A DNA stretch of 64,000 bases, taken from NCBI RefSeq assembly GCF_021869535.1, contig NW_026262690.1, forward strand, positions 79,112,001-79,176,000, read 5' to 3'. Source of the DNA: Mytilus californianus. Lineage: Eukaryota. A program made the position numbers and the translations under genes. The notes below the pieces were generated by a model. The model worked only from the letters and a program-made list of their open reading frames with translations, made no database searches and had not been told where the DNA came from. Of this stretch, positions 12,501 to 24,197 are shown one piece after another (the stretch's first letter is position 1; every line of letters begins with the position of its first letter).

Positions 12501-15500
12501 TTTATCAAAAAAGTCTTCAGTTCTGTAATGAAAGCCCATGTTCTGACGACTTAAGAATAAGCAATGGAGGTTAGCAAATTGAAAAGTTGACACTTAATTG
12601 GTTATTGCAATTGTTGATCATTGTTGGAGAGAAAACGTTGTGTTTTCAAACAGCGTACAACCGCAATAAGATAAGGAACTATTTATATTTTGTCCAGCTT
12701 TGGTTGTCGGTGTGGTTCATATCCTGACGAAAAAGAAAAGGAAGAACTTCAGGTACTGGTTGCTGCATATCAAAAAGTTACACGGGACTTGGTTGCATCT
12801 GGAAGATACGATACAAGGGACGATTTCACTGTTGTCGATCAACCATTCTTTTCAGAAACAGAAGTACCAACAAAAGTATGTACTAGTATATGTATATGTT
12901 CAATTGTAACGTATAAAATTCATATGTTATTTTTCTTTGCCTAGTCAAAGGAGTAGAAGTATAAACCCTGTTTTTCCCACCAAAAAAAAAATAAAAAAAT
13001 AAGTAATGACGAATAATATGTTATGGGGAAATCCATAAACTTAAGAAATATCCATACTATTAATTTTGATAAGATTTTTTATAAAATGAAGTCATAAGTG
13101 CGTCTTTACATGCACATTTTTCATGAAATTTACAAAACTATATCTTTATGCAGTTTTCCATACTTTCTTTTCTAAAACATCGTGCACAGACGAAGAAACT
13201 TTAAAATTATAGGTAAACTTTCATTTACCTTTTATAACATCCCACCTAGTATTAAGTTTTTACTTGGGTTTGCAAATCCCAACTACGCTTAAAAAAGGAT
13301 ACACAACAAGAAAAATTAAGATTTTTTACAAATGTGATTTTGTTTGTTTGTTCTGAATACCCTTCACTATTGTTTTTCTGTTGGTCTTTTTCTTTTTTAG
13401 CCATGGTGTTGTCAGTTTATTTTCGACTTATGAGTTTGAATGTCCCTTTGGTATCTTTCGCCTCTCTTTTTTTTGACCTAAATCATGCTGTGGCAAATTG
13501 AAGATAATGCATGGCAGCTTTTAAATTTGCACTTATTTTTTGCCAAATATATATTTTATTGCCTTATCTTTTCGAATGGAAATGTCTGTCATACAAGTGG
13601 GAGGTTTTGCATGCCGCAGAATTTCGGTCAATGTACCACTTCCCTGTGGAAAGTGTCAATTCGTCATTTAATTTTATGCCTGTGATCACGTTAATTTTTT
13701 AAACTTCATATCAATTCTATTTCATTTCTCAAACCTATACAGTTGGAAGTCATAGACGAATTTTAGGTTTGAAATTAAAATTTAAATAATCGTAAAAAAA
13801 AATAGATTAGGAAAAACCAACTCACAACATTTTGATAAAATCATATATCTATATTAGTATTATCAAATACTTTGTGAAAGCAAAGAGCAATCGTAAAGAG
13901 ACTTGATAACTTTTCGAAATAAACTTACTTGGTTGCATTTGTTTTGTCTTGTACAGGAGGATGGGACAACAGACCTAAGTTATTTCTCACCAGATTGCTT
14001 TCATCTGAGTGTTAAAGGACAAGAAGCAGCTGCATATGCGTTATGGGATAATATGGTAATATATAATATTTAAGTAAAGACAATTTATAAATATATATAT
14101 ATTTGATGCACTGTACGCGAATTTCGAAAATTTTATATAAATTTCACATCTTTTTGGCTTTAGAAAATTTCGCGAATAACAAAAGCAAATTAATAACATG
14201 CCAGTAGGAAAGCATTGACATCTCGGCTAGTCATTCCCTGAAGAAATGCTCACCACAAACATTAGCATGGACTGATAAAGTAAAATAAACCCAACATAAC
14301 ACATAAAAGGTAAACCAAAACAGCCAAGGTACATCCATACGTCGTCAGCATCACCTAAGACTGCATATAATTTGACACTGACATTAGCACCGAGATATAA
14401 TACAAAACTAATATTCAAAAATTAATTTTAGCACTAGATATGGTCAAATAATTTATTGAAAATCGTAAACTATGAACTGATGGAGAGTAATAAACCTAAA
14501 ATACTCACTAAAAGGACATCGAAACCGGATATGGAATAAGTAATATCTATGCATCGGAAGAATATGTAATAGAATATACAATATCTACATCTTGACCGAA
14601 TTTTCAACATCCAGCGAAAAGGTTTAAAACAGAAAATTACCAAAGTCACCACTGTTCTGTTAACAGGGAAATTTAAAGGATCAAAATTGAGATTTTGGCC
14701 GCCTGCCCTAACAACACAAGTTCGAAAATAAACATCTAAAAGTCATTATGCAACCTTCAACAATAGATAAAAAAAAAAAAAATAAACTGTATTGTTTTAA
14801 ATACATCCAACAGAAGTGACAAAAAAATTGTAACCAACATTAATTTCTCGACAGATAGACAAAAAAAGACAAGAAATTACAAGATTCCTGACTTGGGATA
14901 TACACTAACAGACTGCGGGGTTAAACTGGTTTTATGTCTATAAGAACCTCTCCTCTTTATTTCATTCTGTGAAAGTACAAAAACACAGTTGGAAATCACA
15001 ATTAAAGTCTCGCCAAAAGGCTTTTAATTCAATTGAATACACAATAAAGTAAAACAATACTACAAGATATTTGACCTTATCAAAGGATAGTGGTAAATGA
15101 CTAATTCAAGAATTAAACTTCTGTTTATAATTTGAAATACGATTGGTGACATATAGATTAGCCATTATATCGAAGCTGTTAAATCAAATATTGTAAATAA
15201 CAATTGTTTCATGTATGTCATTTCATCTTATATCATTTCATTCCTAGTCATTCTTTTGTGTATATTAGAGGCAACAGTAGCTATTCAATGTTCAAAATCG
15301 ATTAAGAACACACAAATCAAGGTCAGGGTAAAAAACAAAGAACGAAGGAATCTCATTAACTCCAAAATGGAACAGGACCGGGTGAGTCGAGAGGATAGGT
15401 CTCTCCTACTTTGCATGCATCACAAACCATGCGAATCAACACAATAACAATATCATGTTAGGGAAAAGGACACTATCGGATAATCTACAGCTTAGCGGAC

Positions 15501-18109
15501 TATTCTCGTCTAAAAATATAAGATAGCTAAAACATGTTGCTTTTGATTTGAGACATATACAAAATTCGTATCAGTCAACCAATGTGTGGTGATGACCGTA
15601 AAATTGTTTCGATTTCAGTTAATTTTCATACGGGCACAAAAGAGAGTCGGCCTGGCATGTGCACTATACGTACCCATTTTAATACCGATTGTTTGTTGAA
15701 ATATCAATCCACCAATCTCAACAAACATGTTTTCGATAAAAAGAGTTTAGCATTTTAATGATATCGTATTCAATGTGGCTCTTTGCAAAGTCTCCTAAGA
15801 CAAAATATTTGTATCTACGACTCCAATTTTGGCAGAAAATGCACTATTTAAGGAGATATAGTCGAGCTTTCAGTAGTAATGTAGATAAAATAAAAACAAA
15901 TGATATCATAGCATAACTGTAACATTTGTGATTGAAGATTTTAGAGTAGATTTAAGAATGTTGAAAATCCACATCTGATTTTCACCGTTGGTGAAGTATA
16001 CATCATCACAATATTTAAGAAGGCCATACTTTACTGTAGAGAGAATGGTAGGGAGAACCCCTAGACGAACCAGCTATATATTGTGTATAAGGATATTTTG
16101 AAGTATTGTATCCAGTATAAGAAAAGAATATTTTAATCGATTATTTTTTTTTTAAATATCAAAGTAAAGAAAGACGAATTTGTGAATTTTTAAAATCTAG
16201 TATTTCGTGAATGATGTGGATGTGTAAATGGAATTTGGAATTCTATACGACTGTCATACACGTGAGAGGTTTAGCTAGCTATACAACCAGGTTTAGTCCA
16301 CTTTTTTCTACATAAGGAAATGCCTGTACCAAGTCAGAAATATGACAGTTGTTTTCCATTCGTTTGATGTGTTTGAGCTTTTGATTTTGCAATTTGATAA
16401 GGAACATTCCGTTTTGAATTTTCCTTGGAGTTAGGCATTTTTGTTTTTTTACTATTTCCAGATTTCCTGTGAATTTCAAGTTCTTTTTTTTTGGTTAGGA
16501 AATCCAAATAAAGATCTATGTATATAAAACATATAGTTAGAGACTTTTTCTCCTGGAACAACAACATATTTTACTGGATAAGAAGATAAAGCATCCAAAA
16601 CCTGGGGCTTATTTAAAGGATTAGAACCAAATAAAAAAATACACAAATAAAACTTTATTATGAAGACAGAACCAATATATTATTAATTATACATTTTTAA
16701 GATTTCTCTATTCATTTGTCTTAATCAGATTGAACCAGTTGGGCAAAAGAGAATATCATGGAGACCTGGTGTACCTGTTGAATGCCCCGATGAGGTATTT
16801 TACTTTGTTGTTCTATATAAATCTAATAATTCTTTGCCTCTGTAAATTTCTGATAAAAGAGAACGCAGTCAATTTTATGTTTCTTATGATCTCCGATAAT
16901 CAGAAAAAAACAGTAGAAGAGAGGCGGAGAAAAATAAAGAGATATTCAAATTTATTAGACGACTACAAGCTGACAACACCATGGCAAAAAAGGAAAAACG
17001 ACGAAAAGACAAAGTATACAAAATACAACATAAAAATCTAAAGACTGATGTAGCACTCGTCATGTTGCTAATGCAAGTACACACTCTGTGATAAGTTTTA
17101 TTCGGGAGGGGATAATTTAATTCAGGGGATACATTAATTTAGATTTTATCGCTAAATTAACGGAAATAAATTCCATGCGACAATTTTCTATTTCACTGTA
17201 TGATATCTGTATTCATTTTCATTATTACTATTTACCAGAGCGGTTACTGTTTTATCTACAATTTTTGAACCAGCAGCGACCTTGCGTCGAACGTGCCAAA
17301 TATTATACAATATTAAGATGTAAATTTTCTCAATTGTACATAAGAATCGCCTTTTTCTGAAAGTAATTTCCGAGATCTTTACTTTCCCTCAGGCAAAGTT
17401 GGCCTTAGATGGATTTGACTATTTTTAGGTTCTTTTTGGTCATATAGCTAATCAATTGTTTCGGTTCTTATAAATCCTTGGCTTTCAAATATTTGGCTTT
17501 GAGCGTTCCTGATGAAGGTAAATCCAGAAAAGCGCTTCGGACGCATGCAATTTATATAACGTGTTTTTTTTCATTTTTTACTTTAAATTACACATAAAAA
17601 TCATTTTAATGGTTTTGATTCAAAATAAGAATATTTTAGTTAATAATATATAACTAAACTTGGAAATAGGTATGCTGGATGTGAAGTGACGTAAACAAGT
17701 TTTAAAAGTAATTTACAGAAGCTATAATATGAAATAAAAAGGATATATTATCAGTGTTGTTTTTTGCTACTTTGATCGTGTTAACATCGAACCTTGGCAA
17801 CTATAACATATAATTTTAGAGTCAATTTTATTGATTTCGATTTCATTAAAAGACTTTTTTTTTTATGTTTTTCAGCAAGCACCTTATTTTTACACCAAAA
17901 AGAACAGCCCAAAACAAAATGAACTTGAAAACGTCCAGAATGATAAGCAGGGAAGTGCACCCCAAACAGCCGAGAAAGGTTCGACGATCAGAAACAGTGC
18001 CACTATTACAGGAGCTGTATTAGGAGTTATATGTCTGGTAGCCGCCGTATGTGGCACTGTTTACCATATAAGGAAGAAAAGACGTTCATCCTCATATCTA
18101 AAAATTTAG
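3516..18109 (+). CDS. PLB1: Phospholipase B1-like, membrane-anchored, single SGNH domain (paralog A), 13 exons, 456 aa
   Basis: Exons: 3516-3567, 3815-3933, 6191-6242, 8658-8716, 8943-9010, 9684-9727, 10164-10272, 10700-10832, 11811-11968, 12698-12875, 13957-14055, 16729-16794, 17876-18109. All GT-AG, 1371 nt, continuous frame. Signal peptide [17 protein letters not shown]. Motifs FPC...[20 protein letters not shown] (catalytic Ser), [60 protein letters not shown] (Asp/His), ALWDNMIEPVGQK. C-terminal TM then tail [18 protein letters not shown] at 18157. Confidence 0.93.
5111..5651. mobile_element. MITE-like element with ~55-bp TIRs, TA flanks and internal tandem palindromic repeats (PLB-A intron 2)
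   Basis: GCGGATCATT...TTATTGTATTTAAG...CTGAAATATT at 5117 mirrors the reverse complement ending at 5645. TA at 5109-5110 and 5652-5653. Interior is built of repeats of GAGGTCCTGAAAT / ATCCTGAAATCGAATTATG. Confidence 0.7.
6301..6410 (+). pseudogene. Degenerate tandem duplicate of PLB-A exon 3 plus flanking intron (pseudo-exon)
   Basis: CCAACCATT(A)CAGAAACCAAAAGAAGCCACGAAT and the downstream AAATAGACAAAAATAAAG repeat 6194-6300. The donor AATG|GTATGT has become AATAAGATGT. Confidence 0.75.
12146..12424. repeat. Minisatellite, ~9 copies of a 30-31 bp unit GGTTACTGCACCAAAAGAATTGTGTTTTGAT (PLB-A intron 9)
   Basis: Units start near 12149, 12181, 12211, 12241, 12271, 12301, 12332, 12363, 12394. Confidence 0.92.
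16245..16475 (+). mobile_element. Short interspersed element carrying the GCCTGTACCAAGTCAGGA core
   Basis: Similar to reverse-strand copies at ~50325-50500 and ~33060-33180, and to the 3' tail of the RT-bearing element at 34235-35561. Confidence 0.7.
17503..17544 (+). ncRNA. Minimal hammerhead-ribozyme-like motif (family 2) inside repeat ~17382-17580, sense strand of PLB-A intron 12
   Basis: GCGTTC-CTGATGA-AGGTAAATCCA-GAAA-AGCGCT-TC-GGACGC. Stem I GCGTTC/GGACGC (6 bp, one G-U), palindromic stem III AAGCGCTT, UUC cleavage triplet. Stem II is weak (GG/CC closed by A-A). Degenerate copies at ~9288 (-), ~59021 (+), ~59160 (-), ~62340 (-). Confidence 0.6.
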
Positions 18110-18984
18110 AGTTAATAGGTGGATAAATTATTATGAAAAAAAACTTTTTTGTTATTAATAAACTGGTCCATATCTGTGATACTAAATGTTGAAGTCGATT
18201 CTGCATTATTACTTGATTGAAAGAAATTCCAAGTATAATTTTATTCGAAATATTTTTGTTTTGTCTAGATCAAGAACTGTAAAGGATTCATTAATTAACT
18301 TTTCATTTTCAATAACCGGTATATGCTTTATACATTTTTAGATTAAGGATGAACAATTAATTAAAGTTGACCTTGACCTACAAGTAAGTCTGATATCGGA
18401 GTAAAACCGAGTAGCAAAGTCTTTGACTACATTAGGCTAGAAAAACATAGATTTATTATTGATATATATATGGCTTACTATATGAAATATCATATAATGA
18501 AGTTTACATACATATATAGTTATTGATAACTATCGTGAAATGTTGAAAGCATCGCACCAAAATGAGATTAAACATTGTAAATTGTTATATTCAATATTTA
18601 CAATTGTTATGAATTTATATAAGTATTTTCAAAATAAATTGAATAACATAATTAGAAATGTCTCATTTGATATTGAATAATTCTGCACAACATGCGTTCA
18701 CGCAGGTTTTTGACTTTGGATTTTCTCAATCTGTAGTTTTCTATACTGTGTTTTGTGCATTGTTTTTGTCTGTTCGTCTTACTCCTATAGTGTTGTCTGT
18801 TGTTTTCTTTCGTCTTAGAAATTTGGTTGTCCTCTACAAATCTCTCTCCTTGATATTTTTTTCTAAATGTCTACTTTCTCCTCTGGCCATAATATTATCC
18901 TAATCTCACTTATGTTTTTCATTGATTGCTTGCTATCTTTATTGAAAAAATTATGGTTTATATTGCTATTAAATACTGCGAAAC

Positions 18985-19312
18985 TATATTATATATGAGG
19001 GTATCACCAGCCCAGTAGTAATTCTGTGTTGACATGAAGTATTATTGATAAGGTCATAATTATAGATAAACTGTTAATAAAATTTTGAATATTTCGAAAT
19101 ACTAAGAATTTCTACCCCAGGAATAGATTACCTTAGCTGTATTTGGCAAATCCTTTTGGAATTTTGAGTCCACAATGCTCTTCAACTTTGTACTTTTATT
19201 TCCATTTTTTAACTTCTGTGATTCGAGCGTTGCTGATGAGTCTTTCGTAGACGAAACGCGCGTCTGGTGTACTAAATTTTAATCATGGTATCTATGATGA
19301 GTTCATTTTCTG
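18985..19312 (+). mobile_element. Hammerhead-bearing interspersed repeat (family 1); ribozyme motif at 19226-19270
   Basis: CTGATGA-GTCT-TTCGT-AGAC-GAAA-CGCGCG-TC core, with stem I eroded to mostly G-U pairs. Absent from the paralogous position in unit 2. Confidence 0.7.
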
Positions 19313-20361
19313 TACATTTCGAAAATGTCTCCCTTGTCTAGGTAAAAACATCCAGTTTGACCACATCAGTATACACTCATTGTACCATGTTTTTTGTTGG
19401 AATTAGGATGACGCGTTAAAAATTACATAAGGTTGAAATACATACAGCATACTTGTTTTTTTGAAAGGTTTTTAAATGACGTCTATAAAAAGGCCATTTG
19501 CCTTATCCTATTCAGTTGATGATAATACACATTAAATACTATCTTACACCTGTTATAATATAGACACGTCCAGAAATAAAAAAAAATAATACTCAATAAT
19601 ACAGTTCAAACTTAATACATGTCAAATATTAACAACAAAAGAATGATATTATACACATTTTCCACGTTATGTTCCACCTTCCACAGTTAAATATCTCTAA
19701 GCTCTGAGTGTACATTTTTGCTTAAACTAGTCAATTCTGTCATAAAAAATCCCATTAATTTGCACAAGGCTACCATTATATGAAAACATAATTAATGATG
19801 TTATGGTGACAAAATTCGTTTTTTGAAATTAAAAATCAATTTTTAGTTTGACAAACAGGTAATTAAAATGATTCAATTTTACATTGCTTGTAGTGTATAA
19901 TTTATATATACTATGTAAAAGGCAAGTAAATGTGCTTTTTTTTATTTATTATTTGACAAATAATACAATAGGATCATTATATTAAAGGAGCTTTACCATG
20001 AACTGTTTAGATTGCTTATCTAAGATACCAAGATCTTAGAGTACTAATAATTAAAAACCGCTAAAATATACCTCTTGAAAAGAAAACAATATACTTTTTT
20101 TCCTAACATTACTCATCCAATTTATACCGAGTCAACTAGACACAATATCGTTTGGTATGAAAATAAGCACAAACTATTTGATGGATACGTGAATATATAT
20201 ATATATTTATATTTCTATAATACTCAAAATTCTTATTATGCACCAACGGAAGCGTTACGTTCTTGCTTATAACATCTAAATCATGCCGAAAGTTATTTTT
20301 TTCTAAGCATTGATTTTGCTCAAAATCTATTTTAAGCATTCATATAGCTCACAACTTATTC

Positions 20362-22276
20362 TTAGCATTCAATTTGCTCACAATCTAGGGATTTCTCTTT
20401 TTGTTGACCACAGTTTTTAATGACGCCGTTATATTCACTTTCATTATCAACCATAAAGTCTATTTTATGAAAAAGATAGAACTTTAGAATGTCAATCAAA
20501 ACCAGAATAAAAAATGTCGCTGATGATATCATGATAAATGAGTCAATATAAATAGATGTAGCACGAAAAGATCCGGATGCAATAAATAAAAAAAAAGCCG
20601 GTCTAACGCACCAAATTATAAAGAGGGCGCGGGCCATTGTATGGTTGAAAAGTGAAATGTTGAAACGACAGATGGAACATGTTTCTTTTGAAGGAGAATT
20701 CTTCAGTTCTGAAAAAGAAAACAAGATATAAATGAGGGTATGTTTAGGTACTTTATGAATGTTCTACAAAACTGTAAAGGATTCATAAATTTTGTAATTC
20801 ACATAATTATAAGCCTGATGAACTAGATTTTTTTTCAAAATCATACTTATACCTTTTACACAAGGATAAACTAGCTCACAATTTTGAGGTTCCGTTGAAG
20901 TTTTTAAATTTCTTTCTACTTAAAATAGTGCAATTGATTGATGTTTGCTTTACGCTCAGTAGCCAAGTAGCCAATATTTGATACATTTTCATAACGTGAT
21001 TTTAACATACAGCTGGAAACGATAAAAATACAATAAATGAAGTTAAAAAAAAGTATATCATAACCACTACATTTTTTTATGCCCCACCTAGAGCATTATG
21101 TTTTTCGGTCTGTGCGTCTTTTCGTCCGTCCGTCTGTCCGTATGTCCCGCTTCAGGTTAAGGTAGTTGATGAAGTTAAAGTCCAATCAACTTGAAACTTA
21201 GTACACATGTTCCCTATGATATGATCTTTCTAATCTTAATGGCAAATAAGAGTTTTGACCCCAATTTCACGGTCAATTGAACATATAAAATGATAGTGCG
21301 AGTGGGGCATCCGTATACTATGGACCCATTCTTGTTATTTCAAAATTGATCTAGAGACATTATCGCCAAAATATGTAAACAAAATATCACTCGGAAACAG
21401 TTTTCTAATGATTCAATCATTACGATGTTGAAAATACTGAATGAAAGTTATAAGTTATTAAAGTCAATTTTCTTTTTATTCGACCACTTTGGGAAATTGC
21501 AAAAGCGTTACTATTTCTGTCTTTTTTATTTATCTTAAAAGCTTACAACACGTACAAATTGTGTAACTACATTTCCTTAAGAAGATTGGTACCGTTAATG
21601 TTATTGTACTTAAAGGTCATGCATACTAACCTGAAAATGAAGACGTTTTGTATAATTTGTCATAAAGTACTGCAAAAGACGGGACGCATAATAGCAAAAA
21701 TTCGAGAAAGTAACTGCTAGTCCATGGTGTTCGATTCTCAAAGCAATAGAAAGCTGTATTAAGTCGGGGTTTGTTAAAGATATGTAATTTACTCCTTGAC
21801 TCATCGTTGATGCATTGGTAGTAATCCATGAGGTTCGAATCTTCCAGGTAGGACTCACAGGAGATTTGTTTGGTTTGGTCAGGATGTTCAACAATCAAGC
21901 ATGTCGCCAAGAAATTATTCCATATAATAATTAATATAAGCGATAAAAAGAAGTAATTCAAACAGAAGACTTTTACTAACGATTTTTTAAATGAAACGGA
22001 TGATAATATAATTGTGCCGAGTAGTACGGAACACATCATCGAAACTGTAGGCATACTTCTGATAGGAAGACCAAACAAGAAAAAATCTGTTCTATTCCAG
22101 TAAATTTTAACAAAATATAAAAAACGGAGCACTTCAAATGCATATTCAACAATAAGAATGCTGATAAAAGTTACTGAGCATTTGTGTTGTGCGGACATAC
22201 ATAGCAACACCAGCGCGACAATAACAATCAAAGTAAAAATAATAATAAAAATTTCTGGCACTAACGATAGATCCAT
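20362..22276 (-). CDS. Unidentified seven-transmembrane protein, possibly a divergent GPCR-like receptor (paralog A), 330 aa
   Basis: Coding exons 22276-21631 and 20708-20362 (donor G|GTTAGT, acceptor TTTTCAG|, phase 1), 993 nt open. Seven hydrophobic segments. Intron position and motifs LNTAFYC, PWTSxYFLE, AVLYDKLYK, KETCxIC, IWCVRP and DNESEYN are conserved with paralog B. Upstream splice acceptor TTTTACAG implies a non-coding first exon. Confidence 0.82.
21072..21336 (+). mobile_element. Short HINE-like element in the 7-TM A intron
   Basis: T-run start, ATGCCCCAC ... GTGGGGCAT inverted subterminal repeats, (CGTC)n microsatellite, ends CATTCTTGTT. Absent from the paralog B intron. Confidence 0.75.
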
Positions 22277-24197
22277 AGTTGAATTAATATGACAGTTAAG
22301 ATCGATCAAACTGTTCTTTTTATATCATTCTACTTCTCGCTTCAAAATCTAGATACCCTGTAAAAGATCAATGGAAATAAAATCAAATTTGTATTGCAGC
22401 CCAAACAGGAAGCGTAATTGTACTCTTTAAAAAACACCTGTATGTGTTGTTTGTAATATAGTTTTATAGCTAATTTAATACAGTTTTGTTGTTTTCTTCC
22501 GTCATTATTACTAGTATTGTATAATCGAAATTATTATTTGTTTGACACATATTTAGTAATTATACATACTTGTATTTTACGAGAATGATCTATATATGTT
22601 ATATTTGTATATATTTCCCAAGATAACTGGTAACATCAATTTTGCAGAATGTATTAAAAACACAATACGGTCTCTATATAACATGTAATGTTATGTACTA
22701 TCTTTTATTCACGCATAGAAGCTTATTTGTTTTCATCGTACAGGAACAAGTGCACACCTTTGTGTGCCAAAGGGAGATTTCGATTAAACTTTACATCCTG
22801 TTTAACATTTACTGAAGCGTTTCATGGTATATATGTATGTAAATCATCATTCGATTTAAATAATTGCAAACTGAAGTCCTTTACTTTCTGCTGTTATAAA
22901 CCTAGCTTCAACATAATGGTAGAATAGACATTTTTATGAAAAAAATGAATGCTTACTAACAAAGCTGATAGGGGTTGTGAAATGTATAATTTCTCCTAAT
23001 ATAAAAATGTATTGCCTTTTTTTCTCTGGAAACCATATCACTTTGCTGCCCGCAGAAGTTTGTAAGCTTGAAGCATATTATTGTGAAAGACAAGTATTCG
23101 TCTAAGAATTTATCTGTACCTATGTACTGTGGTAGTGGCATTAATAATCTTTTGGGTCCGGCATATTCTTACTATCCTAATTGTAGCTAGCTTTCTGTTT
23201 ATGAAAACGTAGACGACAATCTACATTCTGCTTTTGATTTAAATTTGAAGTTAAATCCTTTTAGATACAAAAAACAAAACGAAACAGAAAATGTAACAGT
23301 ATTTCATGAGGAAAGTATAATGTTGGCTGATTATTGAACAAAAATACAGAATTAGCTCAGCTTGCAGTATCCTTGCACTTTTTCGCAATTTACTGGTTGT
23401 TCCGTTTAATGTGCTATTGGTTATACAGGTTTGTTTTTGCGATTTATCAAACAAAACATATATTTATTGCACAAACTTTGCAGCAATAGAATATATGGTA
23501 GCGTACCCTTGATTGTAAGCTCAATCAACAGTTGATACTAGTATATATTCTTTTGTTATATTCGTATTCCCTCTACGTCTTGTTGTGGACCCAGTCTCGC
23601 CATAAGAAAATTTCGATTTCCCACAATATTTAACACACTGACAATGACCAGAACGTCCATTTAAAAGAAAACAGCTATGATTGGATTATGTTTTCATGCT
23701 TTGTATGACTGTTTAGGTGGCACGGTAGTATTTCCTGGGCCATAGGGATAATGATAGCCTTTTTAGAATTTTCAAGACTTTCTAACACTGACCCAGAACC
23801 TATATACACAGTTAACTGAAGCATTTCCATTTTTATATTTCGAAATGATTTGAATATGTATGATGCTTGTTTACTTTTTCTGAAATGTTAATAAACCTAA
23901 GGCCACTAGTGCTTTTATGGCTTTTCTCTAATTCTTCGTCAATTTATCACTTTCTGCACCCATTGTATAAAAAAAAATTTAATCAACGTGTGGTTCGTTT
24001 GATCTCAGTTCTTCATTGGTTAAAATCCGATTATGACGTAGAATTTTCTTGCTTTCCTCTGAATTTCCTATTTTGACGGCATGAAAAAAGGCGACCATGC
24101 CTGATGACGTCACATAGAAAGAACACATCTTTTTGCGGATCATTCAAAAAGAAGGAAGAAGTTTGCCTACATATTGTTTGAAAATCATTAGAGAAAC

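Noticed and set aside
14220-14760. Possible LINE-derived coding remnant in PLB-A intron 11
   Set aside because: Multiple stops and no diagnostic endonuclease or RT motif.
22277-22309. N-terminal extension MIDLNCHINST of ORF 21626..22309
   Set aside because: It begins at a TTG and is absent in paralog B, whose ATG aligns with 22276.
24100-24130. CCTGATGA...GAAAG as another hammerhead
   Set aside because: No stem II, stem III or cleavage triplet can be formed.
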